Origin: Chthoniobacterales bacterium
GTDB taxonomy: Bacteria; Verrucomicrobiota; Verrucomicrobiia; Chthoniobacterales; UBA10450
Assembly: GCA_046262275.1 (NCBI GenBank)
Contig: JBHENA010000001.1
Location: 1-44,168 of the forward strand
Length of the DNA: 44,168 nt
Reading direction: 5' to 3'
Both the position numbers and the translations under genes were made by a program. The notes beneath the pieces were generated by a model. It did no database searches and was not told where the DNA came from. It was given only the letters and a program-made list of their open reading frames with translations. Below, piece after piece: positions 1 through 8,145 of the stretch; the stretch's first letter is position 1, and each line of letters starts with the position of its first letter.

Positions 1-1346
1 GAAAACCCGGTCAGCACGAAAAACGCCGCCCCGAACCCGAGCCACGGCGGACCTGTCCTCAACGCGAGGTAAGAGAAGGCGCCAGCGACGACAACCGCGC
101 CAACGCCAGCGAGCCACCACAGCGGCGAGAGATTCGTCGCTTCTTCGATCATCGCTCCGCCTTGCAACGCGCGGACCGGATGCATCTTCGCGGCGGCGCC
201 CGCTGGCAACCATGCAGCCACGAGCACCGAGAGTAGTCCCAGCACCGTAGCGGATGCGAACATTAAAGGCGTCACCGCGACCTCGCGGATGCTGAGCAGA
301 ACATACAGCGACGAAATCGTCTCGGACACGGTGCCGACCAGCAATCGCGCCAACAGCAAGCCGCCGGCGATTCCGACCAGCACTCCGATCGTCCCGAGCG
401 CGATCGCTTCGCCTAGAAACAGTGCCCGCACCTCCGCGCGCGTCGCGCCTAACGAGCGCAGAATCCCGATCTCGTGCCGCCGTCGGACCACAGACGCCGA
501 GACCGTGTTGTAGATGAGAAACATCCCCACTAGCAGCGACACGAGACTCATCGCAGTAAGGTTCAGCTGAAATCCGCCGAGCATGTTCGTCACCTGCTGC
601 CCGCGTTGGGCAGGCGACACGACGATCGCGTCGCGCGGCACGACCGTGCGAAGACGCGCGATGACGTCTTCCCGTTTCGTCGAGTCCGTCAGCTGCAGTT
701 GGATCTGGCTCAAAGTCCCGCGCCGCGCGAAAAGCTCCTGCGCCCAGCCGATATCCATCGCCGCGAAATGCGGGTCGACATTCGTGCTGCCGCCGCCGCG
801 CAGAATGAAACCGACGTGCAGCTCATGGTCAGCTCCATTCACCTGCGCGCGAATCGGGTCACCGGCCTTCAGCTGGTGGAGCCGCGCGAACTCTTCCGAG
901 ACCGCGATCCCCTTCCCGTCCCCAAGCCAACTCTGCGGGTCGAACTCACCCGCCTTGAAGCTATTCAGTTCGAAGGTGCGGAACGGCGCGTCGTTGAAGA
1001 TGTCGATCCCGAGGACCTGCAGGTATTCCCCCGGGTAATCCGGCAGCGTGACGAACCCGCTTACGACCGGTGTAGCAGCAGCGACTCCGGCTGTGTGAGC
1101 CACAGCTGGAAATGTCGTCTCGGGTAACTCCCCACCAGGCGCGCTGATCTGCAGCTCTGCCTTCCCTGCAACGACGTCGATCGTGGCTGCGAACGCACGG
1201 TTCGCGCTGTGATTCGCGATCTGAATCGCGAGGTACACGGACACGCCGAGCGCGACGCTCAGCACGTTCAACCCAGCGAGCAGTGGATGCTGCGCAAGGT
1301 AACGCAGCACATGCCAGCGGAAGAGACGCGCGTACGATGAGGCCAA
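1..1346 (-). CDS. ABC transporter permease, FtsX/MacB type (partial; C-terminal part runs off the left edge)
   Basis: Absent from the ORF track because it is open at the window edge. Hand translation of the minus strand gives LRYLAQHPLLAGLNVLSVALGVSVYLAIQIANHSANRAF near 1200-1330. Around 400-520 it gives SLLVGMFLIYNTVSASVVRRRHEIGILRSLGATRAEVRAL, an FtsX-domain hallmark. The + ORFs at 289-1127 are antisense shadows. Start is TTG 1346 or GTG 1310 (unresolved). Confidence 0.75.
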   Translation of the reverse strand, partial: MASSYARLFRWHVLRYLAQHPLLAGLNVLSVALGVSVYLAIQIANHSANRAFAATIDVVAGKAELQISAPGGELPETTFPAVAHTAGVAAATPVVSGFVTLPDYPGEYLQVLGIDIFNDAPFRTFELNSFKAGEFDPQSWLGDGKGIAVSEEFARLHQLKAGDPIRAQVNGADHELHVGFILRGGGSTNVDPHFAAMDIGWAQELFARRGTLSQIQLQLTDSTKREDVIARLRTVVPRDAIVVSPAQRGQQVTNMLGGFQLNLTAMSLVSLLVGMFLIYNTVSASVVRRRHEIGILRSLGATRAEVRALFLGEAIALGTIGVLVGIAGGLLLARLLVGTVSETISSLYVLLSIREVAVTPLMFASATVLGLLSVLVAAWLPAGAAAKMHPVRALQGGAMIEEATNLSPLWWLAGVGAVVVAGAFSYLALRTGPPWLGFGAAFFVLTGF

Positions 1347-1452
1347 AGCAGAGAATGGGTCAGCCGCTCACAGGACGCGATCCATGCTCAGCATTCAAGT
1401 CAACGCGAAGCGACGCAAAAGGAATCTGCACGCGAGCTCGCGAGCGTCACGG

Positions 1453-1735
1453 TCACGCCCGCTTCACGAGGAACAGGTGCGCATCACCACCGCCCATGCG
1501 CACATACAATCCGTTGTCTAACGCCTCGCGTTTCCAATGATAACTCTGGCCAGAGAGCTGGTCGCGGAAATCAAATGCTTCACCGTCCCGTAGTGCTCCC
1601 AGCCGGAGGTTCCCTTCCGCCGGAGATGCGCTCAGATTACCGCGATCACGGCCAGTTCGTCGCCTAACCGCCACGCCTGCGCGATGATGTTCTCGGTCGT
1701 TGAATCGCCGGCAGATCCCGCCGCTGCGCTCCCGA
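1453..1735 (-). pseudogene. C-terminal remnant of a GH13 alpha-amylase-family gene (frameshifted)
   Basis: ORF 1453..1674 ends ...NLSASPAEGNLRLGALRDGEAFDFRDQLSGQSYHWKREALDNGLYVRMGGGDAHLFLVKRA. The upstream continuation ENIIAQAWRLGDELAVIAV is in another frame, with a 1-nt shift near 1636-1641. Both pieces fit the C-terminal beta-domain of the amylase family whose N-terminal part lies at 2365-3059. Confidence 0.65.
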
Positions 1736-1988
1736 TCGCGTACGTATTTTTACGTGTGAATAAGTTTCTCAGATACTTCTGATAATTTTAGTTGACGCTA
1801 CCCGTACGGGGATGATCACATTCCCCTGCTCAAGCCGTCTGGAGTAAAATTCTTTATATGAAGCGCTTCTCATACCAACTCGTCGCCGCATTCTCGGCAG
1901 CAGTGATTTTCTCGGTCAGCTCCGCGACCGCTTCGCCGGTGTCGCAGAATGAGGACAACCGATATCGCTCGTTCGACGAGATCTTCTC
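1711..1988 (+). repeat. Copy A of a duplicated promoter / 5'UTR / signal-peptide module of PEP-CTERM genes
   Basis: Aligns base for base with 3238..3520, roughly 85-90 percent identical by eye with a few short indels. The alignment runs from gcagatccc...tcgcgtacgta through ttgacg, the ATG and the first ~43 codons, to gacgagatcttctc. Confidence 0.85.
1741..1756 (+). promoter_or_regulatory. Candidate operator: TACGTA-N4-TACGTG, a 10-bp-phased direct repeat (copy A)
   Basis: tacgtatttttacgtg is conserved as tacgtatacttacgtg in copy B (3268..3283). A TTGACG -35-like hexamer follows at 1792-1797. Function is inferred only from conservation and position. Confidence 0.25.
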
Positions 1989-2376
1989 AGCTACGGCGGC
2001 CCCGGGCGCTCTGACCATGGAAGCGTTCCCGAGTTTCGACTTTCGCACTGCCGGTGTGGGATCATGGGTGTTTGTGCGGTCATCCCGCCGTTCTCCCTTG
2101 CTTGCGGCTCCGCAGTGGGAAGCGCGCGAAGAATACGGCACGAGCTACAATGATTCTTCGTATGCGTCCCTCGGCTCGTTTGACCTGCCGAAGTTCAGCA
2201 ACACCAGCGCCGCCACGTCGATCCTGAGCCCGCTCGACGATTCTGGCCTCGGATTGAACGGCGATATCACGACCGCGCCGGAGCCGACCACCTGGGCAAC
2301 AGGAGCGCTCGCTCTGCTGGCCATCGGCTATACACAGCGACGCCGGCTCCGTTGGTGCGCTGTGGTCGAAGCGTAG
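1858..2376 (+). CDS. Small PEP-CTERM sorting-domain protein (172 aa), chimeric 3' end
   Basis: Signal peptide MKRFSYQLVAAFSAAVIFSVSSATA. C-terminal APEPTTWATGALALLAIGYTQRRR supplies the PEP motif, a TM helix and a basic cluster. The last codons (LRWCAVVEA) read into antisense amylase-pseudogene sequence. Confidence 0.6.
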   Translation: MKRFSYQLVAAFSAAVIFSVSSATASPVSQNEDNRYRSFDEIFSATAAPGALTMEAFPSFDFRTAGVGSWVFVRSSRRSPLLAAPQWEAREEYGTSYNDSSYASLGSFDLPKFSNTSAATSILSPLDDSGLGLNGDITTAPEPTTWATGALALLAIGYTQRRRLRWCAVVEA

Positions 2377-3059
2377 CGTTGCGCTGGCGCGTTCAGCACC
2401 AGCATCGCCATGTCGCAGCGGACGCCGTCGCGATGCAGCGCGATCGTCTGGAGTTCGTTCGTTATCACTTCGCGGGTCGCGGGATTGAAGTAGTTCAGCT
2501 GCGCCACATCCCGCCACGGCGGGAAGAACGGGTCCCGTCCACAGGCGAAGAAGCGCACGTCGCCGCCGCCTGGCCCCTCGATTGCGCGGTAAAGACCTGG
2601 CTCGGCCCGATAACTCACCAGCGTATCTTGCACGTACAGTTCCGGCGCTGCGCGGATCCACTCGTGATCGAACCCCGTGTGGTTAGGCACAAAATCGAGC
2701 ACCAGATCGATGCCACGTTGCGCGAGCGCGCCGCGGCAAGAACCCAGTCCGCGCCAGCCGCCCATGCGGTCATCGGGTTCGTACGCTTGGATCGAGAACG
2801 GAGAGCCGGGCACATCGTTCGTCTTCCAGCCCCGCAGCGCCCGATCGTAGTCGCGAAGATGCGCCTCGTCCGTGCGGGCGATGAGCCGGCCGATCGCGCT
2901 CCGCCGCCAGACCCCATCAGTTAAACGCAGTCGAACCCAGCTTCAGCTACCGCGTCCCGTGTCCCCGGCGCGACATCGCCGAGGGTGACGTAGCGATCCT
3001 CGTGCCGAGACAGGCGCTCCAGCCACGGCCACGCACTTTAGCTGAGGATGTGTGCGCAT
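2365..3059 (-). pseudogene. N-terminal part of a GH13 alpha-amylase-family gene, carrying nonsense codons and frameshifts
   Basis: ORF 2328..2813 contains GIDLVLDFVPNHTGFDHEWI and DGVRCDMAMLVLN, GH13 conserved regions I and II. Upstream homology continues as DRYVTLGDVAPGTRDAVAEAGFDCV*LMG. It is broken by TAA at 2921-2923, a 1-nt shift near 2910-2915, and a second TAA at 3038-3040. Homology stops after LVLN near 2365-2390, where the PEP-CTERM gene abuts. Confidence 0.7.
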
Positions 3060-3237
3060 CGAGGGAGCGACGCCGAGCCGGTTGGCGGGGTGAGGATGAC
3101 GGCTCGACGAGAGAAATGCGATGGCATTGTCGCTCTTTCGCAGCGGTTTCAGCTTCCGCATGGTGCCGTGCAGGCTCCAAAGGGGTCGGGTGCTGGACCC
3201 GGACATTACCCCGTGGCTCTCGGTGACGATCAAAGAA

Positions 3238-3520
3238 GCAGATCCCCCGGTGCAACTCCCGGTCGCGTACGTATACTTACGTGCGAATAAACAACTTTCC
3301 TCAGATTACTTCTGATAATTTTCGTTGACCCTGTCCGTACGGAATGATCACATGCCCCTGCTCAAGCGGTCTCGAGCAGAATTCTTTTTATGAAGGGCTT
3401 CTCGTACCAACTCGTCGCCCCATTTTCGGCAGCAGTGATTTTCTCGGTTAGCTCCGCGACCGCTTCGCCGTTGTCGCTGAATGACGACAATCGGTATCGC
3501 TCATTCGACGAGATCTTCTC
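3238..3520 (+). repeat. Copy B of the duplicated promoter / 5'UTR / signal-peptide module
   Basis: See 1711..1988. Same orientation, ~1.5 kb apart. Confidence 0.85.
3268..3283 (+). promoter_or_regulatory. Candidate operator: TACGTA-N4-TACGTG (copy B)
   Basis: tacgtatacttacgtg. A TTGACC -35-like hexamer lies at 3325-3330. Conserved with copy A. Confidence 0.25.
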
Positions 3521-5492
3521 CGAGTCAGCTTTCGGAGGATCGGATTTCTTCATGCACGGCTTCGCCGAGCGCGTGCTCGGGCGGCATAGCAGCTTCGGCT
3601 TGTTGAAGCCGAATAGCCGGTCAACCGTTCGGAATTACGTAATTGATCAGCAAGCTGACGAAGATAGCATGTCGAACAGTACGGTGACTCAATCTTACGT
3701 TCCGTTCGATCTCGGGTTGTTTGGTAGCAGCGGCGTTGCTTCATCCCCGTCAGGGTCAAAGGTTTCTCTGACGTCGTTGGCTAGCGCAGTAGGCCCGACT
3801 GATCTTTTTTGGAGCACGAACGGCACTTCAGCGACTTGGACCGCGGCTAATTGGGGTACGATTACGACTGGCCCATTTTCGACAGCTTACACAGCAAACA
3901 AGAACGCTGAATTCACAGCAAACTCCCTCGTCACATTCGCAACGGTTTCGATCGGAGACGTGAAAGTTGACGCTGGTGTGACGGTGACTGTGACCGCCGC
4001 CGGCACTTTGAGCACGAATGGTTCCGTGCGGACGTTCGACATCGGCACCGGGGGATTTCTCACTTGGACTGGTCAGACCGTTTCAAACAATAGCAGTTCC
4101 GGCTTCATCAAGGATGGTGCGGGGACGTGGAATATCGGCAGCCAGGCGAACGCTTACACCGGCGGTTTCACTTTGAACGCTGGCACCGTCATTGTGACCG
4201 GCGCAAAATCTTTCGGCACTGCCGCAATGACGATCAATGGCGGGACCGTTCAGAGTTCGACAAGTATCACCTTTGCTCTGACATCTCTTACTATCGGTGG
4301 AAACTTCAGTTTCAGCGGGAGCGGTACCGATGTTTGGGGCATGACAACGGGCATTGGTTCGAGCACGCGACAAATTACTAACGCGACCACGACTAGCGGC
4401 GCGATCCGAACGTTGTCTGGAAATATCTCTGGCAGCGCTGGCGCTGGGCTAACTTTTCTTGGGAGTGGCGCCGCGAACAGCAACATCGTTCTTAGCGGAA
4501 CAAATGACTATACTGGCGCAACTACGGTGAGCGCCGGAACGATCACGGCAGCTAGTAACTCCGCCTTTGGCAGCAGTACTGCGAGCACGGCGGGACTCGT
4601 TATGAATCCAAGCAGCGGCACAGCAACCGTAAACTTTACAAGTGCGGCACCCGCGATTGCATCGCTGTCGAGCAGCGGCGCAGGGACGAGCAATGTCGTG
4701 TTGGGTAACTCAGGAGGAACCCCGTCCGCGACGACGCTGACAGTAGGGGGCAACAATGCGTCGACAACTTTTGCCGGCGTGATAAGCGACAAGACCGGAA
4801 CCGCCGCCGCGGCGACTGGAGCCCTGGCAAAAACTGGTACTGGCGTACTTACTCTGGGAGGCCCGAACAGTTATACCGGCGCAACCAACGTTAACGCGGG
4901 CACCTTGCTGGTGAACAATACAAGTGGGTCTGGAACAGGAACCGGTAGCGTGTCGGTCAACAATACCGGAACCCTGGGTGGTAGTGGAAAGATTAGCGGT
5001 GCCGTGAACGTCGCCAGCGGAGGTACTCTCTCACCCGGCAACAGTCCCGGGACTCTTTACACCGGCGCGCTTACTCTGGCTACAGGATCGACTTATCTCG
5101 CCGATGTAAACGGTGGCTCCGGTCCGACCGGGACGGGAGCGGGAACGCTCTATGATCAAACGGTTGTCACCGGTCCCCTGACTATTAACGGTGCGTTGTC
5201 ATTGGCAATGGGGGCAACACCGCTAGCCCTTGGCGATAAGTTTTTCATCTTTACCTATACAGGGCCAGAAACCGGAGCATTCTCGAACGCGACCGGAACC
5301 GGTGGAACCACCTATACGCAGGGCGCTGACACTTTCCTGGTCAACTACGCGGACACGTTCAGCGGAACGCCCGCGGTTTCGTTAACGCTGACCGAAGTTC
5401 CCGAGCCAAGCACATGGGCAGCGGGCATTCTCGCCGTTTGCGCAGTCGGATACACGCAGCGCAAACGCTTCGCTAAGCGTTCTGCGCGTTAG
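3390..5492 (+). CDS. PEP-CTERM-anchored autotransporter-associated beta-strand repeat (PATR) surface protein
   Basis: 700 aa. Signal peptide MKGFSYQLVAPFSAAVIFSVSSATA. It has repeated G-T/S-rich units such as GTWNIGSQANAYTGGFTLNAGTVIV and GTGVLTLGGPNSYTGATNVNAGTLLVNN. The C-terminus VPEPSTWAAGILAVCAVGYTQRKR is a PEP-CTERM domain. Confidence 0.9.
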   Translation: MKGFSYQLVAPFSAAVIFSVSSATASPLSLNDDNRYRSFDEIFSESAFGGSDFFMHGFAERVLGRHSSFGLLKPNSRSTVRNYVIDQQADEDSMSNSTVTQSYVPFDLGLFGSSGVASSPSGSKVSLTSLASAVGPTDLFWSTNGTSATWTAANWGTITTGPFSTAYTANKNAEFTANSLVTFATVSIGDVKVDAGVTVTVTAAGTLSTNGSVRTFDIGTGGFLTWTGQTVSNNSSSGFIKDGAGTWNIGSQANAYTGGFTLNAGTVIVTGAKSFGTAAMTINGGTVQSSTSITFALTSLTIGGNFSFSGSGTDVWGMTTGIGSSTRQITNATTTSGAIRTLSGNISGSAGAGLTFLGSGAANSNIVLSGTNDYTGATTVSAGTITAASNSAFGSSTASTAGLVMNPSSGTATVNFTSAAPAIASLSSSGAGTSNVVLGNSGGTPSATTLTVGGNNASTTFAGVISDKTGTAAAATGALAKTGTGVLTLGGPNSYTGATNVNAGTLLVNNTSGSGTGTGSVSVNNTGTLGGSGKISGAVNVASGGTLSPGNSPGTLYTGALTLATGSTYLADVNGGSGPTGTGAGTLYDQTVVTGPLTINGALSLAMGATPLALGDKFFIFTYTGPETGAFSNATGTGGTTYTQGADTFLVNYADTFSGTPAVSLTLTEVPEPSTWAAGILAVCAVGYTQRKRFAKRSAR

Positions 5493-5662
5493 CGGTTAGT
5501 CGTTAGCAGTTAGGAGGGCCCGGGCATCCTCGTCGGAGCCTGCGGCTCGAATAGTCGGAGCCGCCACAAGACGATTCGACGGCCAGAGCCCCACGCGGCG
5601 AAACCCGAACCGAGCGCTATTCGAGGTGGTTTACGCGCGGACGAAAATCGGTACCTTCGGCC

Positions 5663-5875
5663 ATGGCATCGAGCGACCTGATCACGGTTGACCCGGACAT
5701 TCTTGGAGGCACGCCGGTCTTCAAGGGCTCTCGCGTCCCCGTTAAGACGCTGTTCGAGTACTTAGAGAATGATTATAGTCTCGATGAATTTCTCGATTGT
5801 TTTCCATCGGTGACGCGTGAGATGGCGCGGGCGGTCCTGGAGCGGTCGGAGTCGGCGCTGCTCGCGCCGGTATGA
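5663..5875 (+). CDS. DUF433-family protein (antitoxin-like partner of DUF5615)
   Basis: DPDILGGTPVFKGSRVPVKTLFEYLENDYSLDEFLDCFPSVTREMARAVLE matches the DUF433 pattern. It has a 4-nt ATGA overlap with the next reading frame. Confidence 0.85.
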   Translation: MASSDLITVDPDILGGTPVFKGSRVPVKTLFEYLENDYSLDEFLDCFPSVTREMARAVLERSESALLAPV

Positions 5876-6188
5876 CAATTCTCCTGGACGAATGCATCCC
5901 CTGCCCTTTGCAAAAGTTGCTCGCAGGAAACGAGTGCGTAAGCGTCCAGGGGCGAGGTTGGACAGGTATCAAGAACGGCGAGCTGTTGCGCTTGGCGACA
6001 AAAGAATCGATCTGTTTATTACTTCTGACCAGGGCATTCGTTATCAGCAAAATCTGGAGGAGTTTCCAATCGCCATCCTCCAACTCTCAACCAACGATCT
6101 TCGAAGGATTCGTGCCGCTGCGCCGACTATTCGTTCCGCGGTTGCCGCCGTGCGAGCTAATGAATTTCAGGAACTTCCAATTCCGTAA
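5872..6188 (+). pseudogene. DUF5615 (PIN-like, Mut7-C-type) putative toxin, frameshifted
   Basis: The N-terminal part MTILLDECIPCPLQKLLAGNECVSVQGRGWTGIKNGELLRLATKE is in one frame (ORF 5872..). The expected continuation RIDLFITSDQGIRYQQNLEEFPIAILQLSTNDLRRIRAAAPTIRSAVAAVRANEFQELPIP is in the frame of ORF 5817..6188. The switch falls at the A-run near 6000-6003. Confidence 0.75.
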
Positions 6189-6339
6189 TCCCGCCTAAAG
6201 CATTCGCCACAGCCGGCAGACACAAGGATCGGCAGCTCGCTGACGCCGGCGAGAGTGGAAAGTGTCGAAGGGCGGGTATTCCTGCCATGATATCGAAGGT
6301 CGAGTTAGGCAGACGGCGATAAACGCCTCCATCGCACTC

Positions 6340-6370
6340 TCTTCTGTAGCGGCGCTTTGTAAGCGCCGAC
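6340..6370 (-). repeat. REP-like hairpin, family member 1 (inverted orientation)
   Basis: tcttctgtagCGGCGCtttgtaaGCGCCGac has a 6-bp stem and a 7-nt loop. It is the reverse complement of the consensus seen at 10547 and 10630 (gtCGGCGG-N7-CCGCCGctacagaaga). Confidence 0.5.
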
Positions 6371-6437
6371 GGCTCAGCTGGGAATAGCGATCCTCGTGAG
6401 CATCGACAACCGGTCTCGCGTCTGCGCAGGCTGCGTG

Positions 6438-7250
6438 ATGCCAAGGACCACGAAGCGGAACTCACCTGCCAGCTCTCCTGTTCACCCGCGGCGGACGAAC
6501 GCCCGCTTCGGTTGGCTGCCGGATTTCCCTGATCAACGCGACTTCCTTTACGCGGCGCCGCCGGTCTTCCTGCGGCAGATGCCGCCGAAGGTGGACCTGC
6601 GCGCGCAATGCCCGCCGGTGTATGACCAGGGACAGCTCGGGAGTTGCACCGCGAATGCGATCGGCGGCGCGATCGAGTTCGACCAGATGAAGGAGAAGCT
6701 GCCGCAGGTGTTCGTCCCGTCGCGGCTCTTCATCTACTACAACGAGCGCGTGCTCGAAGGGAGCGTGAACTCCGATAGCGGCGCGATGCTGCGCGACGGG
6801 ATCAAAACGGTGGCGAAACAAGGCGCCTGCCCGGAGCCGCTCTGGCCTTACCAGATCGAGAAGTTCCGGGCGAAGCCGCCGCAGAGTTGCTACACGGAGG
6901 CGGCGAAGCATACGGCGGTCAGCTATCAGCGGCTGGTGCAGACGCTCCCGCAGATGAAAGGCTGTCTCGCGAGTGGTTACCCGTTCGTCTTCGGGTTCAC
7001 GGTCTATGAGAGCTTCGAGACCGAGGCGGTCGCGCGCACCGGACGGGTGCCGATGCCGGCGAGCAGCGAGAAGGTGCTCGGCGGACACGCGGTGGCGGCG
7101 GTCGGCTACGATGACGCGAAGCGGAGTTTCATCTGCCGGAACTCGTGGGGAACCGGCTGGGGAACGAAAGGCTATTTCACGATGCCGTATGCTTACCTGA
7201 CCGACACTGACCTGGCGGCGGATTTCTGGACGATCAGGGTGGTGGCGTAA
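6438..7250 (+). CDS. Papain-like cysteine peptidase (family C1)
   Basis: Catalytic blocks YDQGQLGSCTANA (Gln and Cys), GGHAVAAVGYD (His) and RNSWGTGWGTKGYF (Asn). No obvious signal peptide. I prefer ATG 6438 (MPRTTKRN...) to the alternative start at 6396. Confidence 0.85.
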   Translation: MPRTTKRNSPASSPVHPRRTNARFGWLPDFPDQRDFLYAAPPVFLRQMPPKVDLRAQCPPVYDQGQLGSCTANAIGGAIEFDQMKEKLPQVFVPSRLFIYYNERVLEGSVNSDSGAMLRDGIKTVAKQGACPEPLWPYQIEKFRAKPPQSCYTEAAKHTAVSYQRLVQTLPQMKGCLASGYPFVFGFTVYESFETEAVARTGRVPMPASSEKVLGGHAVAAVGYDDAKRSFICRNSWGTGWGTKGYFTMPYAYLTDTDLAADFWTIRVVA

Positions 7251-7314
7251 TGGGGAAAGCTGGAATTCTGAAAGCTGGAATCACTCGATGTGGCGGAATT
7301 GCACTGACGGATGA

Positions 7315-7748
7315 TCAAACGCCAAACAGTCGCCGTAACCAGGCGGCGAACTCACGCTCTCTTATCGCACATCCGCTCAGAAACTTTGAAAATTCCTTCC
7401 GATTTGCGCGCCCTTCCAAGAGGCTAATCATCGCCTCGTAGAGATCCTCTTCAGACGCTTCGACCGAGCGTATCCGTTGATCTTTAGAAATCCGAGAGCT
7501 GACTGCAGCCCCGTGCGCTTGTCCCCGTCGTCGAACGCCTGGTTTTGCGAGATGTGATACGCCTACGCAGTGGCGAGATCAAAAAGCCCCGCATCGTCGT
7601 CGTAGTGATACAGATTCTGCGGGGCCGCGAGTGCAGATTCGAGCAAGGCCGGAACTCTCAGGCCCTCTAATCCGCCGAACAGTTTGATCTGTTCGGAATG
7701 GTATTCGACAACTGTCTCCTCGGTGAGGAAAAGCGGGGCGTCCTTCAC
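7315..7748 (-). pseudogene. doc: Fic/Doc-family death-on-curing toxin, inactivated by a stop codon and a frameshift
   Basis: The N-terminal 61 aa (LTEETVVEYHSEQIKLFGGLEGLRVPALLESALAAPQ) end at an in-frame TAG (7563-7565). Homology continues as AYHISQNQAFDDGDKRTGLQSALGFLKINGY, the Fic-motif region. It then shifts frame near 7460-7475 to ASEEDLYEAMISLLEGRANRKEFSKFL. Confidence 0.75.
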
Positions 7749-7757
7749 CCCGGCACA

Positions 7758-7931
7758 TTAGCCCGCAAGCTTCTTGAAGACTCCGGCGTATTTCTTGATC
7801 GCCCACTTGCCCGCCTTTCGGGCGTCACCATTGGATGCGAACCGAATTTCACGAACGCCCGTAGACTTGCCGCTGCGGTTCACCTTAGGCGTGCCGCTGA
7901 CGTTGCGAGCGAGCTTAGCGATGGCGTTCAT
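7758..7931 (-). CDS. Small putative antitoxin upstream of doc (possibly a degenerate AbrB/SpoVT-like fold)
   Basis: 57 aa from ATG 7931. It stops 10 nt before the doc GTG start. RSGKSTGVREIRF weakly recalls the SGNSxAVRxPKxxRF swapped-hairpin motif, and the C-terminus is KKYAGVFKKLAG. The call rests mostly on position. Confidence 0.45.
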   Translation of the reverse strand: MNAIAKLARNVSGTPKVNRSGKSTGVREIRFASNGDARKAGKWAIKKYAGVFKKLAG

Positions 7932-8145
7932 ATTAGGTTTGCTCTGGGATCGTCGCTGAATTCGAAGCAGGCTGCGCACCAAGCGCATCTCCCGTAGTCA
8001 GACAGTCTCACCCTGCGCTTGACCGTGTCCACTTCTCTTTCGGGGCTGATGCCACAAACACAGATTTTCACAGATGAACCCGAAGCGCTCGTCTCTTATC
8101 TGGTGTTTGATCCGTGGCGAAATCAGTTCTCCACGGCTGGAACAC

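Noticed and set aside
5486-5513. Four tandem heptamers NNGTTAG (gttag at 5488, 5495, 5502, 5509). They begin at the stop codon of the PATR gene and place TAG in all three frames.
   Set aside because: This is a real pattern, but it is only 28 nt long and I have no known function or second copy to compare. It may be a chance microsatellite.
7255-7281. Direct repeat gaaagctggaat-tct-gaaagctggaat just after the peptidase stop codon.
   Set aside because: There are only two 12-nt units and no further copies in the window. That is insufficient to call a repeat family or binding site.
7250-7441. ORF 7250..7441 (+, 63 aa) downstream of the C1 peptidase.
   Set aside because: It lies antisense to the C-terminal part of the doc pseudogene and has no motif support.
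8053-8125. Imperfect palindrome cacagattttcacagatgaa ... tcttatctggtgtttgatccgtgg downstream of amn. It is reminiscent of intergenic repeat elements seen in related phyla.
   Set aside because: The stem is only about 7 bp including a G-U pair, and the resemblance is from memory. It is too degenerate to support.
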